A stretch of DNA of 64,000 nt from the human T2T-CHM13v2.0 reference genome, Homo sapiens: the NCBI RefSeq assembly GCF_009914755.1, contig NC_060939.1; one strand, 5' to 3'. Both the position numbers and the translations under genes were made by a program. This document shows, piece after piece, positions 1 to 16,701 of the stretch. The notes under the pieces were generated by a model. That model was given only the letters and a program-made list of their open reading frames with translations, searched no databases and was not told the origin of the DNA. The number at the start of each line of letters is the position of its first letter. Within the stretch, counting starts at the first letter, position 1.

Positions 1-415
1 CTTTTGTTATCTGCTTGTTTTCTGCCTTTTGTGGTTTTAATTGGGCATTTTATATTATTTCGTTCTCCTAAATAGCATATCAGTCATACTTTTAAAATTT
101 GTTTTTTAGTGTTTAGAGTAAAAACTTTTATTTTTTCATATGCTTAATTGCTACTTAATAAATTGTTAAATACAATAATAGCAACATCATATGATTAGGT
201 ATTCTTATGTGTATGTCACACTTATATACCTGTACATGAATATACATACAAGTATGCTTTATTCAATTGATATTAATGACAAGAATGATACAAAGGATGG
301 GATACAATAATTATTATTATTCTGTTATAAGGTGTTTACACTACCTTTTAAGTGATATACTGCTATTTGAAAGGGGACTTGGGATAGTCATGAATGTAAG
401 TTGCAAACTTTAGGG
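1..415. mobile_element. Old L1M (L1MC/MD-like) fragments, probably both orientations
   Basis: AT-rich degenerate sequence resembling old L1 ORF1/ORF2-junction regions; recognised by recall only. Confidence 0.45.
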
Positions 416-417
416 CA

Positions 418-702
418 GGCTGTTTGACCAGGAGCCTCAGTTCCTTGCTGGCTGTTGACCAGAGGCTGCATTTAGTTCCTTCCCATGTTGGCTTCTCTCA
501 CAGGGAGATTATTTCATATTGGTCATCAAGGGCGAGAGCTTGTATGCAAGACAGAAATCACAATTGTAAGTACCAAAACTGCATTACTGAATTGTTAGCA
601 AGCAAGTCACAACTCCTGTTTACACTCATAAGGAGAAAAGTAGAATACCAGATTGTGTATCCCTGGAGGTGGGAATTACCATCTTAGGGCCTATCTACCA
701 CA
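418..702 (-). mobile_element. MLT1-type MaLR LTR fragment
   Basis: gcctcagttccttgctggctgttg...ggaggtgggaattaccatcttagggcctatctaccaca terminus typical of reverse MLT1. Confidence 0.7.
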
Positions 703-719
703 TCAGGTCTTGCCCAATC

Positions 720-2730
720 TAAAGTAGTTTCTCAGTCTTCACTTATTTTGCTGACCTTGGTCCTTGTGGGGAAAAAAAAAAGAACCAGTCAGGTATTTTG
801 TACAATGTACCATGATATGGATTTGTCCAAGTAGTTTCTCATAATTTGACTGGAGTTATGGATTAATTTAGGCACTACATTTCTCTAAGTTGGAAAAATG
901 AAAAAACTGAATAGTATATTAGCAAAGCCAACTTACATAGAAAAATTAAAAAAAAATGACAGAGACAAATAATAGTAACCTTCACCAGTTTAAGGAAGAA
1001 AATAGAATTTGAGAAATGCACTCAGGAACATTAACAATATTGATAGTATTCTCTTTTATTAAGCTCAGGAGTTAATTGGGGAAAAAAGAGAAACGGTTCT
1101 ATTTTAGAATACTTTTGGATTTATGGAACAGTTGGAAATCAGTACAGAGAGTTTATTGATATCCAACACAATTTTCTTTATTTTTAATCTCTTAGTGTGG
1201 GATATTTGTCACAGTTAACAAAGGGAACGTTACACAGTTAACAAAATGAACGTTACACATTCATTAACACACATTATTTGTATATCGTTAGCTTTCACTT
1301 AATGTCCATTTATTATTCCAGGATCCCACTTAGGATCTATATAACGTTTATATATCATGTCTAATTAGGCTGGTTTTACCTGGGCCAGTTTCTCAGACTT
1401 TCCCTGTTTTTGATGACATTAACATCCCTCATGGGGAATTTTTCTGATGTTAATCATGGTTAGACTCGACTGGTGGGTTTTGGAGAGGAAGACCACAGAG
1501 GGAAAGTGCCATTCTCATTACTTTATACCAAGTGAATATATGACAATATGCCTTATTGCTGTTGATGTTAACTTGATCATCTGGATAAAACTTAAATATT
1601 TCTTCTTCCGATGTTGCACTTTTTAAAAAGAAGTTGCTATGCACAACACATACTAAAGAAGTAGAAAAACATGCTCCACTTCCTCATAAGCAGATCTTCT
1701 TCTAAATCATTTGTATTTCTTCACCAAAGATAATTTATCTATTCTTCTTAATTTATTATCTATTTGTTCAATCATTTGTTTATATCGTATAAATTATAAT
1801 ATGAAGTCATAATATTAGTTTTACATTTTATTGTACTAATATATTATTAAAAATTGTTCTAGTGTTGGCCATTGGAAGGTCTGTATATACTCCTTTATGG
1901 TTTTGATATATTAGCATCATCACACTTTGATTTTGTTCGTATATTTGGTTGTATTATTGTTTCACTTTTTCTTTCTTGGTGGCACTACGAGTTGCTCCAG
2001 GTTAACTGTGTTGATGTTCTTCTCGAGCATAGTATTAAACATGGTTTTCAAGCAATCTCTGTTACTTTTTGGTAATTATATTAGAAACAAAGGTCTGGGC
2101 AGTGATTTCACTCATTTGTGTTTAGGATCTGTTGATTCTAGGTTATCTCAGCTAACGAGGGTAAAGGGATGTGTGTTTATACCAATTCACAAATGCATAT
2201 GTATAGATAGTTCTACAGTTCTCTATATATGTCTGTATGAAGTTAGACATGAATTTCTACCTATATCTCCAGTACCACATGATATAATCCAGTACCACAG
2301 GAATCAGTGTACCCGATTCAACTACATTTATGTTACCTCTCAGTGTGTGAGAAAGTTAGTCATGTTTATGTAACCATGAGTCCCAAAATACAAGTATTGT
2401 AGTTTCTGAATTGGTAATCCATACTCCCAGGGGCAATAACTTCATCAACTAAAGTGCAGAGTTTATGTTTAAATATTTTGGTTTTTGGACATAGAATCTT
2501 ATCAACTTACTTAGGTCAGTAAACCTTTTTTTCTTATACTTTTCACTCAGGTTATTCTATGCTTTGGTTATATAGTTATGTTACTTTGTTTGAATTTCTC
2601 TCTGGGATCCCCCAACTTAATAATTATTGTTTTCTTAAAGCAATTTACATACATTATTTGGGTTTGCTCTTTGTGACGTGAAATTCTGTAGGATTAAAAA
2701 AATGGTATCATTAACACCATCACAGCATCA
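720..2730 (-). mobile_element. L1MC/ME-type 3' UTR fragments
   Basis: tttctcagactttccctgtttttgatgac...gggtttttggagaggaagaccacagagggaaagtgccattctcat motif of L1MC 3' ends. Confidence 0.65.
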
Positions 2731-2732
2731 TA

Positions 2733-3031
2733 ATTTTTTTTTTTTTTTTTGAGATGTGGTCTTACTCTGTCACTCAGGCTGGATTGCAGTGGCATGGCCT
2801 TGGCAGTCTGCAACCTCTGCCTCCTGGGCTGAACTGATCCTCCCATTTCAGCCTCCTGCAGCGCTGGAACCACAGGCACACGTGATTATGCCAGGGTGAT
2901 TTTTGTATTTTTGATAGAGATGGAGTTTCACCATGTTGTCGAGGCTGGTCTCAAACTCTTGAGCTCAAGTGATCTGCCCACCTCACCTCCCAAAGTGCTG
3001 GGATTACAGGGGTGATCCACCATGCCTGGCC
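2733..3031 (-). mobile_element. AluJ
   Basis: polyT followed by diverged dimeric Alu reverse complement. Confidence 0.93.
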
Positions 3032-3039
3032 CAGATAAT

Positions 3040-6065
<3,026 letters not shown>

Positions 6066-6431
6066 ATAAGGTTTTTAATTTGCATAACTTAGGTACACTC
6101 TTTGTGTTACAAAGCTCTTCAGGATTTGGAAAACATAATTAGGTATCCAGCATTACAGTATCAGAGAGTAATTTCACTGTCCAAAAGAAGTCTTGATAGT
6201 TAACTGATTCCACCTTTTTCTCCTTCAAGCCCCTCGTTACCACCAAACTCTTAATTATTGCTATCCTTTTGCCTTTTCTATAGAGTCATATAAATGAAAT
6301 TGCACAGTATTTTGCCTTTACCAACTTACATTTTTTCACTTAGCAATATTTAGCAATATGTTTTTTTTTAGAATTTGAAGTATAATCCCGTGTCTGTTTA
6401 GATTTTAGTTCCCCTAATTTTTGCAGGATAG

Positions 6432-6945
6432 GTGACACCCAAAATTGGGGCTTCGCCTGGAGGGTTATTGGCTTTGCCAAGTAAAGAATTTAAGGGTGAA
6501 CCAGTGGTGGTAGAAATCTTTTTATTTTATGGTACTTCTCCTTGCAGAGCAGGGCTAACTCTTAGGCAGTCTCTCCAGAGTTGGCAATCTATGGCCTCTT
6601 GACAACTGTATTTACACTAACGTAAATCTGCTTTCAGTTACATGAAAATTGAGGGTTGGATCAATACAAATTGAGAGGTGGGTTATTTAGAACTTTCCAG
6701 GGAATGGGCAGTAACTAATGGGTCATTGCCATTGAAATGGCTGGTAACTTTCAGGTTGTTGCCGCGGAATTTGTAAACAGTCATGGTGCTGATGGAGTGT
6801 CTTACGCTAATGAGGATGGCCAGGATCGCTTTTGTCTCTATCTACTGGTTTTGTTGGTTTCTTCACTTTATCCTGTGTGGAACAGATCTTGTTTTGGTCA
6901 GTAGGGTTGCTAGCAGAAAACAAGTGATGCCATTCTCCCGCCTCA
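6432..6945 (-). mobile_element. ERV1 solo LTR, MER51-like
   Basis: gggttattggctttgccaagtaaagaatttaagggtgaacc...ggtcattgccattg...ends cattctcccgcctca (TGAGGCGGGAGAAT on -). Confidence 0.7.
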
Positions 6946-7564
6946 GAATGGCAAAAGGCATTGAGTGTCTTTTCATGTCATTTTTGGATATGACTAGATT
7001 TTTTGGAATAATGGCTATGCGAATAATTTTCAATTTTTGATTGGTATATTTGTCTTTTTATTTTCAAGTTTTAAGATAGTCATATATTCTGAATAATAAA
7101 CCATTATTATGTATAAAATTTACATACATTTTCTCTTTCCTTGGGTTTCTAATTTTGATGGTGTTCTTTGAATCCCAAAATGTTTTAATTGTAATAAAGT
7201 TCAGTACATCTATTTTTTCTTCTTTTCCTGTGTTTTCAGTGTCATATCTTAGAAAACATTGTTTCACCTAAGATTGCAAAGATGTATTTCTGTGTTTTTT
7301 GTATGGTTTGGGCCTGTTTAGCTATTATATTTAGATGTATGATTATTTTGAGTCAATTACGTTTGTGGTGTGAGGCAGGAGTCCGACCTGCCTACGGATA
7401 TCTGCGTTTTTCAGAAACGTTTGATTAAAAAAAAACTCCATACCTAATTTATTTGACTACATGCTAATATTATTTCCTCATAAATGTAAGGATTTATTTT
7501 TGTCCATTATATTCTATTCTGTTGATCAATATGTAAATCCTTATACAAGTACCATACATCTTGA

Positions 7565-7927
<363 letters not shown>

Positions 7928-8416
7928 TGAAATCAGGAAGTAGATGTCTACAATTCCAACCTTTTGCCTCTTATTCGAGATTATTTAGGCTGCTGTGGGT
8001 CTATTGCATTGCATATGAACTTTAAAATAACCTTGTTAATTTAGGGGAAGGAAATATCACCTGGGATTTTGGTAGATGTTGCATTCAATCTATAGATCTA
8101 TTTGGAAAATAGTGCCATCCTAACAGTACTAATCCTTCTAAGCAATGAACATTCAAATATTTTCTATTCATTTAATTTTCTTCAATATGTTTTCTAGTTT
8201 TTGTGTACATGTCTTACACTTAATTTGATAAACATGCCTATTTTCGATGCCATCTCAAGTGGAATGGTTTTCTGAGTTTTGTTTTTAGGTTGTTAATTGC
8301 TAGTGTATAGAAATTCAAAGGATTTTATATGTTGACCGTATATACTGTAAGTTTGTTACTCATCTTTAAGGTTTAAATATATTTTATTAGAGTCCTTTGG
8401 ATTTTTTTATACATAA

Positions 8417-8799
<383 letters not shown>

Positions 8800-8829
8800 T
8801 GCTGCATGTTTTCATCATAGTGAGTTCAG

Positions 8830-10330
8830 GAATTCTCAGGTGTTGCTGCATCTTTTGAGATGACTATGTGGTTTTGTTTTTTATCATATTAATATAGTGC
8901 ATGGCATTAATTGTACTTGAATGTTGAACCAAATGTTGCTTTCCTGAGGTAAATACCCTTGACATATTTTATAATACTTTTTACATGTTGCTGATTTGTT
9001 TTACTAGGATTTCCTTGATGATTTTTGGCTCTATATTCGTAAGGTGTGTTCTTAATTTTCATTATTTGAAATCTGTTTGTCTAGTTGCGGTGTCAGGGTA
9101 AACCAACTCACAGTATAAATGAAATGCGATGCCTTCTCCACTTTGTTGTTGTTGTTTTTAACAACTTATTATAAATTAATATTAATTGTTAAGTGATTCC
9201 AATAACTGACTAATGAATTATCTTGACTGGGGCAAGGAAGCAAATCCTAGGAACAATCACGTGAGCTTGGAAGGAGACCTTTCCCCAGCTGAGCCTCAGC
9301 CTGGGCCATCACCTGCATCTGGACTGAAGACCCAAAGAAACTGTGAGTAATACGTGTGTGTTTTTTGAGCCACTTAGGTATATAGTAATTTGTTGTGCAC
9401 CAAGTAATAAGTAATATAACTGACAGTAATTTTAAGATGGCATTCTGGATTAGGCGTGGAATAGATAAATACATCATTATCAGAAATCACGGTAAAATAG
9501 GAAGAAAGTTTGTAGATCAGCTGATGGTTTTGAAAAACAGTTAAAATTCTTAGTTTTCATTAAAACTATATTATGGTTATAATAGATAATAACATTGTAG
9601 TTAGCTGAAGGTTATACAAAACTCTCTGTACTACCAGTGCATCTTTATGTTAATGTGCAGTTATTTCAAAGTAAATGTTTTTTAAAATTATTAATTTGTT
9701 TTATAGAAATAAAATGAAGACATAAGGCAAAAATTTGGCCTCCAGAGACACAATAGCGTGTAGGGAGAGAATAGCAAACTGGCTTTTCTTATCTAGTCAC
9801 CTTTCTAAACCCAGGTGCACCTGCTTCAGGAAGGCACCATCAAGCTCCAGGGACTGTCATCCTCTTTCTCCGTCCCCATTATGCAGTCACCAGTTTGAAT
9901 GTCAGCAACCCCTTTTTCAAAGAAAGTTGCCTTTCCTTCACATATCCCGGAAAGACCCATCTGTGGGCGTCATTTAGCAGTGTATATGCAGTCTCCCACT
10001 GAAGCCTTTTTGGGAGATAGACTCTCAGATACTAGAAGCCAAGAATAAGAAATTTCAGTGACAGGGAGCATAAATCATATTTCTGCATTCAGGATAATGT
10101 TCTTGGTACAAGGGTATCAAGAAAGTACAAGAAGTACTTGTACTTCTTCTGCAAGTAATCAAAAGACAACTGTACTTTTAAACCTTTCAGGAAACCTATA
10201 CTAATATATATTTTTTTCTTTTTAACTCTACAGACTCCATCAGGAATTGTTTGAGACCATGCATTATGTGGACACTCATATCGTGGAATTATATTGCCAA
10301 TTGGCATTCCTAAAGCTTCTACGCTAGCAG
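8830..10330. repeat. Ancient local duplication, copy B
   Basis: colinear with 4180-6065 including non-TE segments gcacctgctt..gcaccatc.agctc.agggact.tcatcc and cagactccatca. Confidence 0.8.
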
Positions 10331-10595
10331 GTAGTAAGCAGAGTACAAAAAATATTTCTAATAGGGTGATTTAGGCCAGTCCCTGCTTACAGAAACCTGG
10401 ATATAAATTTTTACACATCACGATTTTCTCAGGTGAATGTTAGGGAGTGATACACGTGCATTGTGTGTAAGTCAAGGAAGCTCAGTAGGAACAAAAACAA
10501 AAGAACAAGCAGCGTAGGATATACCCCCAACCCTCCATGCCGTGATCTTAGAGATGGGTACAGGCTGAGTGATGACTCAGTATATACTAGCAACT

Positions 10596-10890
<295 letters not shown>

Positions 10891-10904
10891 CCGCCCCCCC
10901 CCAA

Positions 10905-11209
10905 CTTTTTTTTATAAGACAGGGTCTCATTCTGTCTGTTGCCCCGGCTGGGGTGCAGTGGCATGATACTAGTTCAATGCAGCCTTGAGCTCCTGGGCTC
11001 AAGTGATTCTTCTACCTCATCCTGTTGAGTGTCTAGGACTATAGGCATGTGCCACCATGCCAGGCTAATTTATTTTTACTTTTTACTTTTGTATAGGTGT
11101 AGTCTCCCTATGTTGCCTAGCCTTTTGTTGAAGTCCTGGCCTCTAGTGATCCTCTCACTTTGGCCTCTCAAAGTGCTGGAATTACAGGTGTGGGCTACCA
11201 TGCCCAGCT
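10905..11209 (-). mobile_element. AluJ
   Basis: diverged dimeric Alu with tcctgggctcaagtgattct. Confidence 0.9.
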
Positions 11210-11690
11210 GCCTTATCATGGTTAACGTTATTTGATCACCTGCATGAGGCAGTTTAGCTCAAGTTTACCACTACAAAATTAATATTTGTTCCTGTTTTCA
11301 TGATGTATTTTTGGAAAAAAGTCATTATGAACAACACATATGTAGGAAGTAGGGAATTATGCTCCATCTCCTTATGAGCAAAAGTTCCATATATATCACT
11401 TGTATTTCTTCAAACATTTTTATACATTCTTTTGGGTGTTCTGGATTAAATGCATTTTCCTGTATATTTTAGAACCTGCAGTCCAGTTATCACAAAAAAA
11501 TGGAAAACATGAAAGCTAGAATTTTTGTAGGGATTATATTGAATCTGCATATACATTTGGAAAGTATAAGCATCTTGGTAAGTACCTAATAGCGTTCTCA
11601 TCAAGGAAAATCTAGGTTTTTTTTTTCATTTATTCAGGATTTCTTTAATACTTCAGTATCACTTGTAATTTACAGTACATGTATATATAG

Positions 11691-11945
<255 letters not shown>

Positions 11946-12038
11946 AACTTACGTTAAATTTATTTCCAAATACATTTCCTTTTTGATGCCATGTTAAAGA
12001 ATTTTTTTTAGTTTCTTTATTTGATTAGTTTGTATTTT

Positions 12039-12395
12039 TGTATTAGTTTGTTTCCCACTGCTGTGAAGATACTATATGAGACTGGGTAATTTATAAAGAA
12101 AAAAGGTTTAATTGACTCACAGTTCCACATGGCTGGGGAGGTCTTAGGAAACTTATACTCATGGCGGAAGGTGAAGGGGAAGCAGGCACCTTCTTCACAA
12201 GGTGGCGAGAAAGAGAGTGAAGAGGAAACTGCCAAACACCATCAGCTTTTTTGAGAACTCACTCACGATCCTGAGAACAGCACGGGGGAAACAATCCACA
12301 TGGTCCAGTCACCTCCCACTCAGCCCCTCCCCCAACACAGGGGGATTCCAATTCCAGATGAGATTTAGGTGGGGACAAAGAGTCAAACCATATCA
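12039..12395 (-). mobile_element. MSTA/THE1D-type MaLR solo LTR
   Basis: tgtattagt...gagactgggtaatttataaagaaaa...caaaccatatca, TG..CA ends. Confidence 0.9.
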
Positions 12396-12689
12396 ATTGT
12401 ATAAGAGTGCAATTTTTTTACATGAATCTTGCATCCTACAGGATTACTGAACTTTTTTAATGGCTCCTATCTCATTTTAGTGGATTCTTTAGGATTTTCT
12501 ATACACTAGATTATTTACTGGGAAATAGAGATACTTTGATTTCTTCCTTCTCAATCTGGAAGTCTTAAATTTATTTGTCTAGGCTAGTTTTATCAATTAA
12601 ATCTTAAAGAATAATGTTTAGTGGGAGTAGATAACCTTTTTATGTTTGTAATTTTTGGGAAATTACTGAGACTTTCTTGATACTATTGT

Positions 12690-13620
12690 TATGTGAGTTT
12701 TTCATAAATGACATTTTTATGTAAAGAACATTTCATTCTATGAAAAAGTCATTTAGTGTTTTTACTGTGAGTGGATTTTGGATTTGTCAAGTGCTTATTC
12801 TGCATCCTTAGAGGTGATAATGAGGCTTTATCATATATTATATTGATATAATGTATTACAATAATTCTTTTTATATGTTTTACCAAATTTGCAATCTTGA
12901 GTAAATTAATACCTTTGTGTAACATATAACCCCTGTGTCATAATCCTGATTTGTGTTGAAATTATTTCCTTGAGGATTATTGCCTGGGTATCCATAAAGT
13001 ATATTGGTTTAAATTTTTCCTTTTTTGGACTGTCTTTGTCTAGTTGTGGTATCAGAGGAAACTGTCTCATAGAATGCATTGCTTACTGGTCTCTTCTCTA
13101 TGGTTTTTATCTTCTTGGAGAACAGTTAGTGAAAAATTGCTATTGATATTTTAAAGGTTTGGAGTAATTCACCAGTGAAGTCTTCTCAACCTGGGCAATC
13201 ATGTGAGCTTGGAAGATGATGCATCCCCATCTCATCTTTCAGGTGAAACCTCAGCCTTGGCCATCACCTACATCTGGATTTCTGACCCAGAGAAACTGTA
13301 AGTAATGTGTGCATGCTTTTGAGCCACTAAGCTACATGGTAATTGGCTATGCTGCAATAAACAATAATACACTTGATGGTAAATGTAATATGTTATCCTG
13401 AATTGGATCAAAAAACAGAAAAATGGCATTGGGGAAAACCAGGTAAAATATGAAGACAGTCAGTACTTTAGTTAATAGTCCTATATACCTTTATCAATTT
13501 TTTGAGTTTTCACAGATATTCTTGTTTATGTATGATATTACGGAAAGTTGAAGGGTATATGAAACTTTATGTAAGATCTCAGCAATTTTCTGTAAATTTA
13601 AAATTTTAAAATAAATAGAA
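12690..13620. repeat. Ancient local duplication, copy C (partial)
   Basis: same L1M/MLT1/L1-3' end junctions as copies A and B; unique downstream segment absent. Confidence 0.75.
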
Positions 13621-13759
13621 GTGTAGACATTGCTCATATATTTGAGATCAGGACTTGCTGTTAACTTAATTGAGCCTTTGTGGAACCTAAAACACATGGT
13701 ACAAATGCAGTAACGTTATAAAATATAAATGATATGATTTTCTATTTTATTCACTCGGG

Positions 13760-14027
13760 TTTTTTTTTTGAGACGGAGTCTCACCCTTTCTCACAGGATG
13801 GAGTACAGTGGTGGGATCTTCCGCCTCCTGGGTTCAAGTGATTCTCCTGCCTCAGCTTCCCGAGTAGCTGGGACTACAGGCGGGCTAATTTTTTTGTGTG
13901 TTTATTTTTAGTTGAGATGGGGTTTCACCATGTTGGCCAGGCTGGCCTCAAACTCCTGACCTTGTGATCCGCCCGCCTCAGCCTCCCAATGTGCTGGGAT
14001 TACAGGCGTGAGCCACCGCGCCCGGCC
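13760..14027 (-). mobile_element. AluS with internal deletions
   Basis: Alu reverse complement; TSD tattcactc. Confidence 0.92.
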
Positions 14028-14257
14028 TATTCACTCTATTCTTCAGGGAACATGAAAGTCCATTTTTTTTCCAAAGCATCCAGAAGTACACTTGAGCTAT
14101 GTAACAAGTAGACAACACAGAAGATGGAAACTATAGTACATCTACATGTGCAGTAACTGATCTTAAAATGATTTGCATGATCATCATCCATGTGATTAAA
14201 ATGACCACGGGAAAGAGGAAAAAGAAATGCAACTTTCTTGATTTAAAAATTCTAACT

Positions 14258-14445
14258 GGGCAGGTGTGGTGCTATGGGCATGTAGTTGCAGCTGCTTGGG
14301 AGGTTGGGCTGGATGATCACTTGACGTGAGGAGTTTGAGGCTGTAGTGTGCAGTGCTTGTGCCTGTGAGTAGCCATTGCACTCCAACCTGGGCAACATAG
14401 CGAGACTCGGTTTCTAAAATAATTAAATAAATAATAAATAAATGA
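14258..14445 (+). mobile_element. FAM (fossil Alu monomer)
   Basis: monomer with gaggctgtagtg...gcctgtgagtagccattgcactccaacctgggcaacatagcgagac and A-rich tail. Confidence 0.8.
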
Positions 14446-14689
14446 ATAATTGGATTTAGAGTGTAAGTTACAGAGATCATTGCTTATATTTAGGGCTGCA
14501 ATTCTCTAGATACAGATTTTTCTATGTATTTAAAGAGCTACCACTCCAGCACAGACTTTCAAGTACTGCTTTGCCATTTTTATTTTTCTCTCAATGGGTT
14601 CCTGGAATTACAGTTTGTAAAGTTATCTCATAGCATATGTTTCATTTTTATTTCTGTTTGTTATTGATGTCTGTCTCTGGGTAGTGGCT

Positions 14690-15163
14690 GTAATCTATAG
14701 CCTTGCCCAGTAGAACTCAGGGTTTGGTACTGGGTGTGCTTTTCATGGGATGTTTATTCAACTTGGTTGATGGCCTAAAGCCTAATAATCCAACTTGCAT
14801 CCAGGTATTTCTCTCACACAGTATACTTGCTTTTACTGGAAGACATCCTTGTAGCTCCTGTCTGACCTGTGTGTTATTTCTAACAAGATAGCCACTCTCT
14901 AGGAGAGTGCTGCCTGGGGAAAAAAAAGTGAGGTCTTCATGTGTTTGTAAAGCGACACACAGAGGAGGCAACTCAACAAAAGGTGTATAATGACATTAGT
15001 AATGTATTATTATTAACCAATCAAAGAGTGGAGGGCAGCATTCCTTGAAGCAGCAATAGGAAGGGAAGAGCTCTCCGGGACACACACTCACAAACAGTAT
15101 GGGTGGTGGGGGAGCAACTACAGCAGACAGGGTAATGGGCCAGTCGGCTGAAGCCTTTATGGG
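14690..15163. mobile_element. Old LTR fragments (probably ERVL class); the right one continues at 40428-40720
   Basis: LTR-like sequence; gcctttatggg | attgggttttgg reads through across the ERV-L insertion. Confidence 0.45.
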
Positions 15164-16108
<945 letters not shown>

Positions 16109-16701
16109 AAAGCCCATCACCTTTCTACCTGGCACCTATATGTATCACCTTAAGCCATACTAATCTCCAAATACAGACAGTAATAAGGCAACATGATGCA
16201 ATTATTCTGTATACAACCAAAACATACTAATCTGTTTTTTTAGAGTAGTAAAAGTTTGTGGGTGAAGTTTACTATTCTGATATCCCATAATTTCAATACA
16301 AATATGTTAAATTACTAATACTTAACTGCTACTATCAGATCAATGCATTCTTGGGTTATGTGATAAAAGAAGAGAGGGATGAAAACAAAGTTATTTGCCT
16401 AATATATGTATATAAACACACAAATGTATTCTTAAAGTAGATAGGAAATACTAGTGATAATTTTAATCCTTGTTTCTGTAACTGTTCACCTGGTCCTAAC
16501 TGGTATTTATAAATTCCTTCCACTGCTCCCCACTCTGTATTCTCTTTGTGTTCAGCAAGCTCCTCAGCTGGTCTGAGGTCTTTACCTGGCAGGGTGATGC
16601 AGACCTTCATTCCTGAAAGATCTGGACCATTTGTACTGTTGCCGGGAATGGTTGTAGTTTTCCATTGAACTTAATAACAGGTCGTAGTAATACTAAGAGA
16701 C
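16109..16701 (-). pseudogene. ERV-L pol C-terminus and 3' untranslated region
   Basis: ORF 16356..16610 MKVCITLPGKDLRPAEELAEHKENTEW matches the HERV-L terminal domain. Confidence 0.85.

Noticed and set aside
1208-1258. 23-bp direct repeat x2 (also short repeats at 19640-19750)
   Set aside because: Slippage duplications inside TEs; no spacers, not CRISPR-like
1927-2373. 148-aa hydrophobic ORF
   Set aside because: Non-ATG start within T-rich antisense L1MC 3' UTR; hydrophobicity follows from base composition
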